A stretch of DNA of 63,255 nucleotides, filler included, from 5 parts of 5 records of this genome joined end to end with filler, not necessarily neighbours in it; one strand, 5' to 3'; positions 10,381 through 21,300 are shown, counted from the first letter of the whole stretch. Notes: generated by a model not told the origin, from the letters alone. Made by a program: numbers and translations.

Positions 10381-11274
10381 ATGACGCAGGCGAATGAAAA
10401 AATTGGATTTATCGGTGTCGGCCTGATGGGCCAGGGCATGGCCAAGAACATCGTTGAAAAGGGCTATCCGCTCACCGTGATCGCCCATCGCAATCGTGCG
10501 CCGGTCGAGGATCTGGTGGGACGCGGTGCCACTGAAGCCAAATCGATGGAAGAGATGGCAAAATCATCCAGCATGATCTTCCTGTGCCTGACCGGTTCGC
10601 CACAAGTCGAGGCGGCAGTGGCAGCATTGAAGCCGGGATTGGCCAAGGGCAGCGTTATTGTCGATTGCTCGACCAGCGACCCCACCGTGACAGAGCGACT
10701 GTCCGCGGAACTGGCCCAGATCGGCGTCGGCTTTGCAGATGCCCCCTTGAGCCGAACCCCGAAAGAAGCCTGGGAGGGCACGCTCGACTGCATGGTCGGC
10801 GCTGACGCAGCCACCTTTGCCCGCGTCGAGCCGGTGATTGCCACCTGGGCCGCCAAGATTGTCCATATCGGCAACGTCGGTGATGGACACCGCATGAAAC
10901 TGCTCAACAATTTCATCTCGCTGGGCTACGCGGCACTTTATTCCGAAGCGCTGGCCATGTCGCGCAAAGTGGGCATTCCGGTTGCCGAATTCGACAAGGT
11001 GATCCGCGGCGGGCGGATGGATTGCGGCTTCTACCAGACCTTCATGGGTTACGCGCTGGAGGGCAATCGCGAGGCGCACAAGTTCACCCTCACCAATGCC
11101 TACAAGGACATCCGCTACGTCGAATCCATGGCCAACGCCGTCACGGTGACGACAACCATGACCAGCGCCATCAAGAACACATTCGCCGGCGCCATGGCCA
11201 ATGGCGGCGACGGCCCTGAAGACTACGTTCCCCATCTCGCAGACTTCGTGGCGAAGGCAAACGGCATTGAGTGA
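10381..11274 (+). CDS. NAD(P)-dependent beta-hydroxyacid dehydrogenase (3-hydroxyisobutyrate DH / GlxR-GarR family)
   Basis: IGFIGVGLMGQGMAKN, DCSTSDP, DAPLS, MKLLNN (catalytic Lys); ATG 10381 follows GGAGG. Confidence 0.9.
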   Translation: MTQANEKIGFIGVGLMGQGMAKNIVEKGYPLTVIAHRNRAPVEDLVGRGATEAKSMEEMAKSSSMIFLCLTGSPQVEAAVAALKPGLAKGSVIVDCSTSDPTVTERLSAELAQIGVGFADAPLSRTPKEAWEGTLDCMVGADAATFARVEPVIATWAAKIVHIGNVGDGHRMKLLNNFISLGYAALYSEALAMSRKVGIPVAEFDKVIRGGRMDCGFYQTFMGYALEGNREAHKFTLTNAYKDIRYVESMANAVTVTTTMTSAIKNTFAGAMANGGDGPEDYVPHLADFVAKANGIE

Positions 11275-11527
11275 AGGAAGACCGCTCTGTCAGCCTGATG
11301 AGGGCTGAGTTAACGGGCGGATTTCAGCACTGTAACACCCTGACCACCAGACCTGCGGCGCGCCTGAAAACGCGCGGCGCAGGTGTACCTGTGCAGCCTC
11401 CTCACATCAGGGCAACGCAATGTTTACAACTACCCGCTACAATGTCGCCGAAGCCCGAGACAGGGAATATTTTGCACCGGGTTGAACCGGTTGGACTTAT
11501 TTTTAGAAACGTCAAACGGGTGATTTT

Positions 11528-12763
11528 ATGCGTTTTCTCGACATGTGGAACCCGTTTACATTTGTAGGCTACGGCGTTGCGTCGAAGCGGCAGATCGCCG
11601 AGACAGTCCGCGAACTCTACAACAGCAGACCACATGTGACGGCAACGCTCGGGGTCGCACTGGCTTCCTTGAGTGCGGCTTATTCCGGAGCGCTGTGGAC
11701 CGGCATTTCGGCAACACTGATCGTGGCCGTATCTCTTGTTTTCCGGATCGTCATCGAACAACGCTTCGCGGCCCGCGGTCCCGGAGACCTGCACCCGAAA
11801 TGGATCCGCCTTTACGTTTTCGGGGCGGTGTTGTCAGGCATCGGATGGGGCTTGTCCTGTGCAATCCTGCTCGTCGGAACCTCGCCAAACACGCAAGCCA
11901 TCACCATGGCAGTTGCATGCGCGATCGCACAAGGCGCTGCCGGCAGGGCCTATTTGATGCCGGGCACAGCACTGGTCAATATCGCGCTGATTGTCGGGCA
12001 GATGAGCATCGGCGCCTATGCTCAAGGCAATTACATTTACATTCCGGCGTTCTTTCTGTTCTTCATCTTTCTCGCCTCATTCATCATGCAGATGGTCAAG
12101 AACCGGCTTTCTCAGTTGCATGCTGAACAGACCGCAGACCGGCTGTATCAGGAAATTACCGAGAAGAATGAACTGCTCAGAATCGCCAACGAAACACTTG
12201 CAACCAAGGCCTACGAGGATCCGTTGACCGGGCTGGCGAACCGGCGCAAATTCGATCTGGTGATCGCCGAAACTCTTGCCGACGCTGGGCAAGGCGCATC
12301 ACCGGTCTCGTTGTTGCTCATCGATGTCGATCATTTCAAATCCTTCAACGACACCTACGGCCATCAGTCCGGCGACGAATGCCTGCAGCTTCTTTCCAGG
12401 GAGATCTGCAACGCCATATCGAGCGAGGGCGCCCTGGTCGCCCGCTATGGCGGCGAGGAGTTTGTGGCAATCCTGCCCGGCTGCGACCTGGCGGAAGCGA
12501 AAATCATCGCGGAGAGTGCCCGAATTGCTGCCCGGCTGACGTCACTCGAGACACTGCCCAACGCTCCGCCGCGCCAGACGATCAGCATCGGACTGGTCAG
12601 CTGTGAAGCCGGCCCCTCAACCACTCGGGAAACGTTGCTCGCGGCGGCGGACACGGCCCTGTATCAAGCCAAGAAGCAGGGCAGGAACAGGGTCTGCGTC
12701 TATTCTGAAACAGCCGATATAGGGCAAACGCCCTCGCCCTTGGACGCCGCCCATCAAGCCTGA
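11528..12763 (+). CDS. Membrane-bound diguanylate cyclase
   Basis: About six hydrophobic helices, DPLTGLANRR, DVDHFKSFNDTYGHQSGD, ARYGGEEF, ADTALYQAKKQGRNR; no RxxD I-site. Confidence 0.93.
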   Translation: MRFLDMWNPFTFVGYGVASKRQIAETVRELYNSRPHVTATLGVALASLSAAYSGALWTGISATLIVAVSLVFRIVIEQRFAARGPGDLHPKWIRLYVFGAVLSGIGWGLSCAILLVGTSPNTQAITMAVACAIAQGAAGRAYLMPGTALVNIALIVGQMSIGAYAQGNYIYIPAFFLFFIFLASFIMQMVKNRLSQLHAEQTADRLYQEITEKNELLRIANETLATKAYEDPLTGLANRRKFDLVIAETLADAGQGASPVSLLLIDVDHFKSFNDTYGHQSGDECLQLLSREICNAISSEGALVARYGGEEFVAILPGCDLAEAKIIAESARIAARLTSLETLPNAPPRQTISIGLVSCEAGPSTTRETLLAAADTALYQAKKQGRNRVCVYSETADIGQTPSPLDAAHQA

Positions 12764-12965
12764 AACAGCGCCCGTCGCTCAAGCGACCAGAGCCGCATTT
12801 TTGCGAGCCGCTTTGCGTTGACAAACCAACGTCTCTGCACGGCAGTTTGCGTGTTTTGATTCCTCCATACGGTCAAGGGTTACAGCGACCATGTGAAATT
12901 GCTTAACCTATGTTAATTGACTTGCTGGCCCCATCGTCTAACGGTTGCACAACACAGCACTGAGG

Positions 12966-14630
12966 ATGCAGATGGTTCGGCGTTATTCGATCTCGACATA
13001 TCTGATCACGGCAATGCTGGCCATTGTCGCTCCGTTTTGCCTGTTTTTGTGGTTCCTTGCCTGGCAATTGCAAACCAGCGAAGCCGAGGCCGTGGACCGG
13101 CGGACATTGCGCTCGGCCCAAAGCATTTCACGGGCAATCGAACCGGTCATCGACAGTATGGTGACCACTGTAAATCTGCTCTCATCGACCGAGGAACTGG
13201 CGAAGGGTGACCTCGAGACATTCCACCGGCGCAGTCAGTTTGCGCTGCGCAACACCGGGCAATTTGTGCTTCTGGTGGATAACGACAAAAACCAGATGCT
13301 CAACACCCGCGTCGATTACGGCACACCGCTCGGCAAGATCGCAGACATCAACGGCTTTGAGAGAGCGATCCAGGCAGGTCATCCCGTTGCGACCGACTTT
13401 TTCATGGGCAAGACCAGCGGCAGGTGGGTCTTCAACGTCATCAAACCGCTCGACGTCTCGCCAACGTCCAAGGCCCGTGTCCTGCTCACGACCATGAATA
13501 TCGAAAATGTCGCCGCCGCTGTTTCGGAATTGCAGCTTCAGGATGGGTGGAAAGCGATCATCGTCGATGGAAGCGACAATGCCCTCGATGCGAATGGCAT
13601 GACGGCGGAGATAAAACCCAGCGCCGAGGTGCTTCCCGGAGGAATGGTCGCGTCTGATCTGTCGCAAATGCCCTCCATCAATCATATCGAGACATCCGAA
13701 GAACAGGTCCTGGCCTATTCGAGGATCAGGGGCACCAACTGGAAGGCGGTCGTCTGGGGACCACTGGCTTCCGCGCAGGCGTCAATCCTGAAGACCTGGC
13801 AGATGCTGATCTTTGGAACCATTGGTCTTTTGGGCGCGTGCATGCTGGTGGTTTATGCTGCGTCGAAACTTTTGCAGCGTGACGTTGCCGGCATCACCCG
13901 AATGGCCGGTGAGCTCGGCGCCGGCCGGATTGTTTCGCCTACGACAACCCGCATCAGCGAGCTCGATTTCATTGCCCGGGCCTTGTCCAACGCGTCCTAC
14001 GAGCGGAGCACCAAGGAAGAGCAACTGACCATGGTGATGCGGGAGCTGGCGCATCGCACCAAGAACCTGATTTCCATCGTGCTGGCGATGGTGCGGCAAA
14101 GCGCAAAGAATGTGAACTCCCCCCAGGAGCTTGTCGCCGTGACCGGAAACCGCATCGCGGGCTTGGGTCAATCCATCGACCTGCTGACATCAGTCGAGTG
14201 GAAAACAGTCACCTTGAACAGTCTCATCGAAAGCCAGCTCGGCAAGTTCGGTACGGTCGGCAGCAACATCATCACCAACGGTCCGGAGTTTCATCTCGGG
14301 TCTGATGCGGTTCAAAACCTTGGCATGGCATTTCACGAACTCGCGACCAATGCGTCCAAATACGGAGCCCTCAAGAGTGAGGCGGGACGCATCGAGATCA
14401 ACTGGGAGATCCTTCACGATGGAGCCGGTGAGCAGCTTCAGATCATCTGGCGCGAAACCGGTGGGCCGGCGGTTTCCCCACCCGAGAAAACCAGCTTCGG
14501 AACCGAAATTCTCGACCGCCACCTGAGCGCCTCGACAAATGGCAAGACCACAATCGACTATCACCGCGCTGGGCTGGTCTGGACGCTGACTGCGCCGGTG
14601 TCGATTTTGAACAGAGCCACACAGGAGTAA
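12966..14630 (+). CDS. HWE-type sensor histidine kinase with periplasmic Cache-like domain
   Basis: Two TM segments; ELAHRTKN H-box, HELATNASKYG, WRETGGP, FGTEIL. Start is uncertain (12945/12966/12972). Confidence 0.9.
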   Translation: MQMVRRYSISTYLITAMLAIVAPFCLFLWFLAWQLQTSEAEAVDRRTLRSAQSISRAIEPVIDSMVTTVNLLSSTEELAKGDLETFHRRSQFALRNTGQFVLLVDNDKNQMLNTRVDYGTPLGKIADINGFERAIQAGHPVATDFFMGKTSGRWVFNVIKPLDVSPTSKARVLLTTMNIENVAAAVSELQLQDGWKAIIVDGSDNALDANGMTAEIKPSAEVLPGGMVASDLSQMPSINHIETSEEQVLAYSRIRGTNWKAVVWGPLASAQASILKTWQMLIFGTIGLLGACMLVVYAASKLLQRDVAGITRMAGELGAGRIVSPTTTRISELDFIARALSNASYERSTKEEQLTMVMRELAHRTKNLISIVLAMVRQSAKNVNSPQELVAVTGNRIAGLGQSIDLLTSVEWKTVTLNSLIESQLGKFGTVGSNIITNGPEFHLGSDAVQNLGMAFHELATNASKYGALKSEAGRIEINWEILHDGAGEQLQIIWRETGGPAVSPPEKTSFGTEILDRHLSASTNGKTTIDYHRAGLVWTLTAPVSILNRATQE

Positions 14631-14634
14631 GGTG

Positions 14635-14711
14635 TGGTAGGCCCGGAGGGACTCGAACCCCCAACCAATCCGTTATGAGCGGACGGCTCTAACCAGTTGA
14701 GCTACAGGCCC
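14635..14711 (-). tRNA. tRNA-Ile2 (anticodon CAT, lysidine-modified; may be auto-annotated as Met)
   Basis: GGGCCTGTAGCTCAACTGGTTAGAGCCGTCCGCTCATAACGGATTGGTTGGGGGTTCGAGTCCCTCCGGGCCTACCA: cloverleaf, TTCGA T-loop, CCA end. Ile2 identity is inferred from resemblance to alphaproteobacterial tRNA-Ile2. Confidence 0.93.
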
Positions 14712-15035
14712 GGAGGGTCACGACAGCGTCTGGTGCTGCGCGAAAGCCGCAATTTTAAAATTGCGGGCAATGTCCCCGGCCGGACTGGACGTCCGGACGT
14801 TGGCGGTTTAGCTCATAATTTCTGCCTTCACAAGCCGTTGCCGTGGCGCATTCACAGCCATGGCTGCCCTTCAAACCGGGGCAGGCAACACGCGAGGCCA
14901 AGCTGCGGCGAAATGGGAATTGGCGCCTTGCAGCATTGCAGCCTGACCGGCACATCACGGCTCGCCGCATTGCGTCCACAATCGGCGGCCATTAAATCCG
15001 GTGTCGGGACACATCCACCTAATCGGAGACTTTTC

Positions 15036-15794
15036 ATGACCTCTATTTTCCCTGCCCGCCGTCGCATGCTTGCTGCCGGCGCGCTTTCGGCCTTGCTGCT
15101 TTGTGCATCTTCGCCAGCCTTTGCCGATGAAGCCAAGCGACCCGAGCCGGGTGTGATCTCTGTCTCCGGCGAAGGCGTGGCGACCATTGCGCCCGACATG
15201 GCAGTGATTTCGCTCACCGTGCTGCGCGAGGCGGAGACGGCGCGTGCAGCACTTGACGCCAACAACGAGGCGATGACCAAGGTTCTCGCGGCCATGAAAG
15301 CCGAAGGCATTGCCGAGCGCGACCTGCAGACCGGCGCGTTTTCAGTGCAGCCGCGCTGGGTCTACCCGAAAAACGATGATGGTCAGAACCGGGAACCGCA
15401 GATTGTCGGCTACAGCGTCAACAACACGCTGACCGTGCGCATTCGCGATTTGAGCCGTCTTGGCGCCATTCTCGACACCTCCGTCAGCATGGGCGTCAAC
15501 CAGGGCGGCGATGTGATGTTCACCAATGACGACCAGGAATCGGTCCGCGAAACAGCCCGCCTGGACGCTGTTGCCAAGGCAAAGGCGAAGGCGGAAGCCA
15601 TGACCGGCGCGCTCGGCGTCACGCTCGGCCGCATCACCCAGATCTCGGAAAATTCCTACTCCGCGCCACCGATGCCGATGGTGCGTGCCGAGATGGCGAT
15701 GATGGCAAGCAAGTCCGCCGATTCGGTGCCGATGGCCGCAGGCGAAAACGAATACCGCGTGACTGTCAGCGTCACATGGGAACTGAGCCAGTAA
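15036..15794 (+). CDS. SIMPL (DUF541) periplasmic protein, BP26/Omp28-like
   Basis: Signal peptide, ISVSGEGVATIAPDMA, GIAERDLQT, GYSVNNTLTVRIRD, GENEYRVTVSVTWEL; ATG 15036 follows GGAG. Confidence 0.9.
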   Translation: MTSIFPARRRMLAAGALSALLLCASSPAFADEAKRPEPGVISVSGEGVATIAPDMAVISLTVLREAETARAALDANNEAMTKVLAAMKAEGIAERDLQTGAFSVQPRWVYPKNDDGQNREPQIVGYSVNNTLTVRIRDLSRLGAILDTSVSMGVNQGGDVMFTNDDQESVRETARLDAVAKAKAKAEAMTGALGVTLGRITQISENSYSAPPMPMVRAEMAMMASKSADSVPMAAGENEYRVTVSVTWELSQ

Positions 15795-15847
15795 ACTCAG
15801 GATAACCTGCAAACGCTGCCCGTGGAAAATCTCCGGGTTCAAACAAC

Positions 15848-15888
15848 ACAAGACCCCGGAAGGCTCAGGCCTCCGGGGTTTTGTTTGT
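15848..15888. terminator. Bidirectional terminator
   Basis: ACAAGACCCCGGA...TCCGGGGTTTTGTTTGT between convergent genes. Confidence 0.7.
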
Positions 15889-15906
15889 CCGGTTTTGTGG
15901 TCGGAA

Positions 15907-16311
15907 CTAGCGGCGAACGTTGATCACCGGGCAGCTGCGCTGGTTGGCGAAGACAACGCGAACCAGACGGTGATGACGGACGCCTTCAACCACGACCCGG
16001 CGATTGTTGGCACGGACGACATCGGCGCGGCGGACGCCCATGTGGCGAGCCTTCTGCACGGCGCGGTGCGGCTTGCAGACGCTGCGGCGGCCGCCCCGAC
16101 GATCATCAAACCGGTGACCGCCACCACGATGGCCTTCAAACCGGTTCCAGCCGCCGCGGCGATTGTGATCACGGATGACGATGCCGCCGCCGTGGCCACC
16201 GATCGAAAGTTCGAAACCGACGCCGCCGGCAGTGGCGGCAGGAGCGGAAGCGGCGATGCCGGCAGTTGCGACAACGATGGCGGCGAGTGCATTGCGGATG
16301 AAGGTGTTCAT
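15907..16311 (-). CDS. Small secreted Gly/Arg-rich rhizobial protein with a two-Cys C-terminal domain
   Basis: Signal peptide MNTFIRNALAAIVVATAG; C-terminal CKPHRAVQKARHMGVRRA...VVFANQRSCPVI; GGAG RBS. Confidence 0.7.
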   Translation of the reverse strand: MNTFIRNALAAIVVATAGIAASAPAATAGGVGFELSIGGHGGGIVIRDHNRRGGWNRFEGHRGGGHRFDDRRGGRRSVCKPHRAVQKARHMGVRRADVVRANNRRVVVEGVRHHRLVRVVFANQRSCPVINVRR

Positions 16312-16485
16312 GGCTGTTCTCCAGATTTGGCGGCGTTTCACGCCTTGAGTGTGTGTCCCTGATTGCGATCTTGTCTCGACCGGTTGTCCCGTTCGATTGA
16401 CCCCACACTAGTCCGGCCCGCCTGAACCGAATTGGAACCGGGTGTTCATCTTGCATTCATGAAAAACAGCGCCCGCCGGAAACCC

Positions 16486-17088
16486 TTACAGCTGCCGGCC
16501 CCAGACCTGCAGAGGCTTGAGGCTCTCGGCCTCCGCACCGATGTCGCGCCAGGAGAATTCGGCCAACAGGCCGGGATAGGGCTCGTAGCCAAGACGCTCC
16601 CAGAACGCATGCAGGGTGTGATCATTGACGGGCCTTGCCGGATGATCTTCAGGCCGCAACACCGAGGCAAACACCGTGTGCTCAAACCCTTGCGCGCGCG
16701 CCGCGGCTTCACGCATTTCAAAGAAGTGACGGCCTGCCCCCTGCCCCCGGTATTCGGGCAGCAGGACTGATTCCGCCAGATAGAAAAACGCATCCGGATC
16801 AAGCCCGACACGGGCAAAGGGAACAGCGAATTCATCCGCGTGGTCAGACAGCGGCGCCCCTGTTGCCGCCCCCACCATTGCGCCGTTGACATCCCACGCA
16901 GCCACCACCACCGCCCCCGGTGAAGCGGCAAAATTCTTCAAATATTGCGCCTCGTAGGCGGCGTCTCCGTCATAAAGATAGGGCCAGTCGGCAAACACCT
17001 CGATCCTCAGCCGGGCCAGGTCATCAAGCGCCTGCTCGATCTGGTTCTCTGTGAGAAGCGAGAAACTCAGCCCGGTTTTCGACGCCAC
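16486..17088 (-). CDS. GNAT-family N-acetyltransferase
   Basis: LARLRIEVFADWPYLYDG, YLAESVLLPEYRGQGAG (acetyl-CoA motif A), FWERLGY. Confidence 0.9.
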   Translation of the reverse strand: MASKTGLSFSLLTENQIEQALDDLARLRIEVFADWPYLYDGDAAYEAQYLKNFAASPGAVVVAAWDVNGAMVGAATGAPLSDHADEFAVPFARVGLDPDAFFYLAESVLLPEYRGQGAGRHFFEMREAAARAQGFEHTVFASVLRPEDHPARPVNDHTLHAFWERLGYEPYPGLLAEFSWRDIGAEAESLKPLQVWGRQL

Positions 17089-17098
17089 CGCGCAGCCC

Positions 17099-17512
17099 TC
17101 AGCCGGCTTTCACTTGCGCGATCCAGTCGGTCAGATTGTAGCTCATCGTCACCCGGCTGATCAAATCGTCATCGATCTCGAAGAAAATCCCGGCGGGCAG
17201 CGAATAGCGCTGGCCATTGGCCTCGGGCAGGCCCTCGTCGGTGGAAAGATAGGTGCCGCGCACGGTAAATTCTGCCGCAGCGCGGTTGCCGCTGTCATCA
17301 ACCATGATGGCAATGTCGCCAAGTTCCTCGTCGTAATGCCGGGTCATTTTTGCGTTGAACCAGCGGAATTTTTCCTTGCCGATCTCGCGTTCGCCCTGGT
17401 TGATGTCATGGGCGACATCGTCTGACAGGCAGGCCAGCATGTCTTCGGAAGACTTGGCGTTGAACGCCTCGAGATAGCGGCGGATCAGGGCGGTGGTGGT
17501 GTCTCGGCTCAT
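17099..17512 (-). CDS. Ketosteroid-isomerase-related (SnoaL/NTF2-like) protein
   Basis: LIRRYLEAFNA, DDVAHDINQG, AAAEFTVRGTY, YSLPAGIFF, YNLTDWIAQV; ATG 17512 follows GGAG. Confidence 0.85.
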   Translation of the reverse strand: MSRDTTTALIRRYLEAFNAKSSEDMLACLSDDVAHDINQGEREIGKEKFRWFNAKMTRHYDEELGDIAIMVDDSGNRAAAEFTVRGTYLSTDEGLPEANGQRYSLPAGIFFEIDDDLISRVTMSYNLTDWIAQVKAG

Positions 17513-17796
17513 GGTGGGCTCCAAAATGAATATTTCTGCTCTCCACAGGTGCCACAGGCGGGCACAGGCAGGCAAGGAAAAGTGAAAAGCTGTAAAAGCT
17601 GTGTCCTCTCACTCAACACCTTGATGCCGTTTAGGTTCCCCTCAATGCGGATGCACCAATGTCCCCGCCGGTGAAATGCACTGGCGGGCTGATCAAGATG
17701 TCCCGGGTCCGGAGGGCCGCGCGCGGGCGTCGCCTCTGAAAGTGTGTGAAATTGGGGTGGCGCGTTCCGCGCGCGGGCCCGAACTTCGCCGGATGA

Positions 17797-17896
17797 NNNN
17801 NNNNNNNNNNNNNNNNNNNNNNNNNNNNNNNNNNNNNNNNTTAATTAATTAANNNNNNNNNNNNNNNNNNNNNNNNNNNNNNNNNNNNNNNNNNNN
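17797..17896. other. Artificial contig spacer
   Basis: N44-TTAATTAATTAA-N44 (stops in all six frames). Confidence 0.99.
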
Positions 17897-18384
17897 AAAA
17901 AAAAAAAAAAAAAAAAAAAATGCGGTCATACCGGTACTGGTCGCCCTCAATAATGGAAGGAGTGAGTTTTGCACTCCTATAATTAACGAACCATTGCGCA
18001 AGAGTGGTGGTGCGACGAACTATTGTCCTATTCCAAACGAAGGCAGGGCAACGTGGACACAACAACGAGGTGCAGTAGTGCGCGCGGGATGCCAATGCAC
18101 GGATGCAGCACAGGCAGGCAGCGAATGGCAGCGTTGATCAGTCCGTGGCAGTTCCAACACTGCCGTGTTTGAATGCTGAGCCGGAGAGCGACTTGACTTG
18201 ACGGGGTGGGCTTCGTATTGTGAAAGCAAGTTAGGGTGTCAGTCACTTGTGCTGCAACTGACAACACCGCTGCCCGGCTTGATTGGATTCAAGGCGGGGT
18301 GCTGTGCATGGAAAACTATACTAATCAGACCAATCAGAAGCCAAGCTACACCTCAATAGTTTGATCAGTTTTATTCAAGAGAAG

Positions 18385-21300
18385 CTATGTTAAGCTCGGC
18401 CGCGGACTTCTCCGCCCGCCACGAATGCTCACACGACGCTTACCCTTTGGAGGAGCCTTGGGAGCAGTTTCCCACACAGCCGATGCTCGTATTGCAGCGG
18501 AGTCAGCATCGTCGGAGTCGTCATCTGCTGCGCTTCCACTAACCACGCTACTGTCGTCTGGATCGTGTCCTGCATTTGACGTCCCCAAATCATCGTCCAG
18601 CGAACCCATTAAGGCAGAGACCAGGGCGTTTGCGCCGGACCCTCCGGTGTCTGGCGACCCAATTGCAGCGGCCCCTGACACTGGCGATGTCTTTGGGCTT
18701 GCGCTTGCGCTGCTTGGGCGACGCCCTCGAATGGTACGAGGGCCGCCACCACTAGGCATGCGTTTGATGGCCGGGCCACCGGGGCCGCCCGCTGCACCAA
18801 CAGCAAGGATTTTTACAGGCGGGCTTCCAGGCCCACCGTTCGAAGATCCAGTCCCAGGTCGAGATCCTTTTTGTGGCGGTGAGGACAGAGAAGATGTGAC
18901 GGACTCACCGATAAGCCGCTCCATTGCCGGAACACGAGCAGTGTTGATCGGTGGTGGTGATGCGCCACCGGAAGCCGGGCTCACCTTTTGAGTGACTTCG
19001 GGCGACACTGGGTTGGACGCTCGGCCACCACGAATGCTGACTCGGCGTGTCAGTGCCGGACCTCCGCCAATCCCTGGGCCAGCGGCAGGCGAGGGGGGTT
19101 TTCGCACACCAGGCCCGCCCGGCCCAGCGGATGTTGGCCGATTGCCCACGGCTGTTCGCTGTGCCTCCATCTGTTTGGCGATTTCAATCTCCCTGGCGCG
19201 AAATTGGGCCATCTTTATTGCTTTGGCCTCTGCCAGCTGAGCGGCGAGCGAGTCGTTGCCGCTGGAAACGTTTTCCAGAGCGGGCGCTGGCGAAGGAGCA
19301 GGGACAAGAGCAGGACTCGATTTCGCAGTTCCCAAACCATCTCGGCGGCCTCCACGGATGCCCGTCGGTTGCTGGCTTGGGCTTGCACGCTGCGACCGTG
19401 TGCGTGAAATGCCACGGCCTCCTCGACCACCTGTACTCGACCGATTCGTTGTGCTACTTAGGCGAGGCTCTTTCTTCGCTCCACGAGCGGAGGACGCACG
19501 CGCAGCTCGAGATACTCCACGGCCACTGTTCCCTCGGCCACGTCCGCCCGCACTTCGGCCTCGTCCACCCCGACCACCACGGCTGCGACCCTCGCGCCCC
19601 ACTCGGCCACCGCGGCTGCTATTCGGTCTACTCATCGAGCGTGGGCCGTTCTTCGCGCCAGAAGGTGCTGACGGGAGAGTGCTCGTTGAGTTTGGCGAGG
19701 GCGCCTTGTCTTCTGTCTCCAACTGCTCCCCGTGCTGCACGCTATTTTTTCCAGTTTTGTCGCTGCCGTGACTAACTGGACTGCTGCTCCCACTAGAAGC
19801 AGCCCCGACAGCAGGCCGGCGACCGAGAGACCGAGGGCTTAAACTGCCACTATTGACACGGTCGATGAGTGTTCCTGCAGCTTGCCGTGCTAACGGCGAA
19901 ATTGATGTTGATGGGGGCGTCGAACTGCCGCCAACATTTCTTACACCAATCCCTGCGGCGTGGGGAGGCGTCGCAGGAGTATTGGGCGTGAGGCTACTTC
20001 GGTGATGCGGCCCCTGTCGCATGTTTGAGGAAGTAAAACCTGGGGAATTTGGGCCTCCACGCAGACTGCGGGGTTCAGATGGCATCCGCCGGATGGGCGG
20101 AGGCTTGGAAAACGAACCCCGCCCAGCAACCGAAGCTGCCGGCGACAAGGCTTTCCTTTGCTCTCTACGCCGCTGCTCCTCTTCAGCTGCAGCTTCTTCA
20201 CGCCGTTTCGCTTGTGCCTCTGCACGGCGCATTGCTGCTTCCTTGGCGTTGGCCGCAGCCACCGCTGCAGCACGGCGCGCCGCCTCCTCGCGCTCTTTCT
20301 CACGTGAGGCAGCTGAATTCATATACTGGGCAAAATCATCGCTCATGGCACCGGAGCTCTCCTGCTTGCGGTGCAGGCGTGACGCCGTATCTGGTTCTTC
20401 GGCCATGTCCCCTGGCTCACTGTACACGTCATGAACGTTTCCCGTGGCTCGAAAGCCACTGCGCGAGTTACCGGAACGGTAGCGAGGTGTAAAACCTGGT
20501 GCCGCTTTGCCACCAGTTCCGATCCCCCCCTTCCGAAATACGCCAGCGCCAGCGCCCACATCTTCTGGCAGACGGAACCGTGGCGATATTGACCCGTCGC
20601 GCGCACTTCCGCGGCTAGTCCCACTTCCTCTTCGAACAGCGCCAGCTGGTCCATTATCATTTTCTTGGTCATCGTCACCATTGTTGGAACTGCTGCTGCT
20701 GTGGCTAATCCCAGCTTCCCGCTGCATCTTGGCCATAAACTGAAGCTCTCCATCAGAACCCAGGGACTCTATGGAGCCCATGGAGCCAAGAGAACTGTTC
20801 CGGCGGTGGTGGTCGCGGCGGGTACGTGCAGGCAGACTGCCATCAGCTACCATTTGCATGCGAGCCATGATATCAACCGAGTCCATCGAGTCCATGCTCG
20901 CAATCGAACCCATACTGCTGTTTCGCCGATGGTGATTCCCAGTTTGAGGACCACTTCCTGCAGATTGCGCGCTGTCACTGTCAGAGTCATCGTGGTTGTC
21001 ATTGCTGTTGTTGCGACTTCTGCCTTCGGTCATTGCCAACATGGCATCAAGCTCTGCGCCCATGGAGCCCATGGAACTGTGTTTTCGATGATGTTGTTTC
21101 GGAGATATGGCAACGCGTGGCACTGGAACAGGCGCTGGGCGGGCTGGCGCTGGAGCGGGTTCGGGCGACGAACGACGATGAACTTCTTGGCGTATATCAT
21201 CATCATATTCCAGGCTGTCGTCGCCGCTGACTGACAGCAGTGACGGGTCGCCGCGAGGCTCGACTGTTAGGCCAGGTTGTGCTGCCGCGGCGTTAGCCTG

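Noticed and set aside
11300..14650. Genomic island integrated at the tRNA 3' end
   Set aside because: No integrase, and I saw no distal duplicate of the tRNA 3' end in contig 1.
17841..17852. TTAATTAATTAA palindrome repeated four times in the window
   Set aside because: Always centred in 44+44 Ns; it is an artificial all-frame-stop linker, not a biological repeat or CRISPR.
17897..17920. A24 tract as a possible mRNA poly(A) tail or retrocopy
   Set aside because: Wrong strand for the adjacent minus-strand gene, which has introns; it is a homopolymer at an assembly break.
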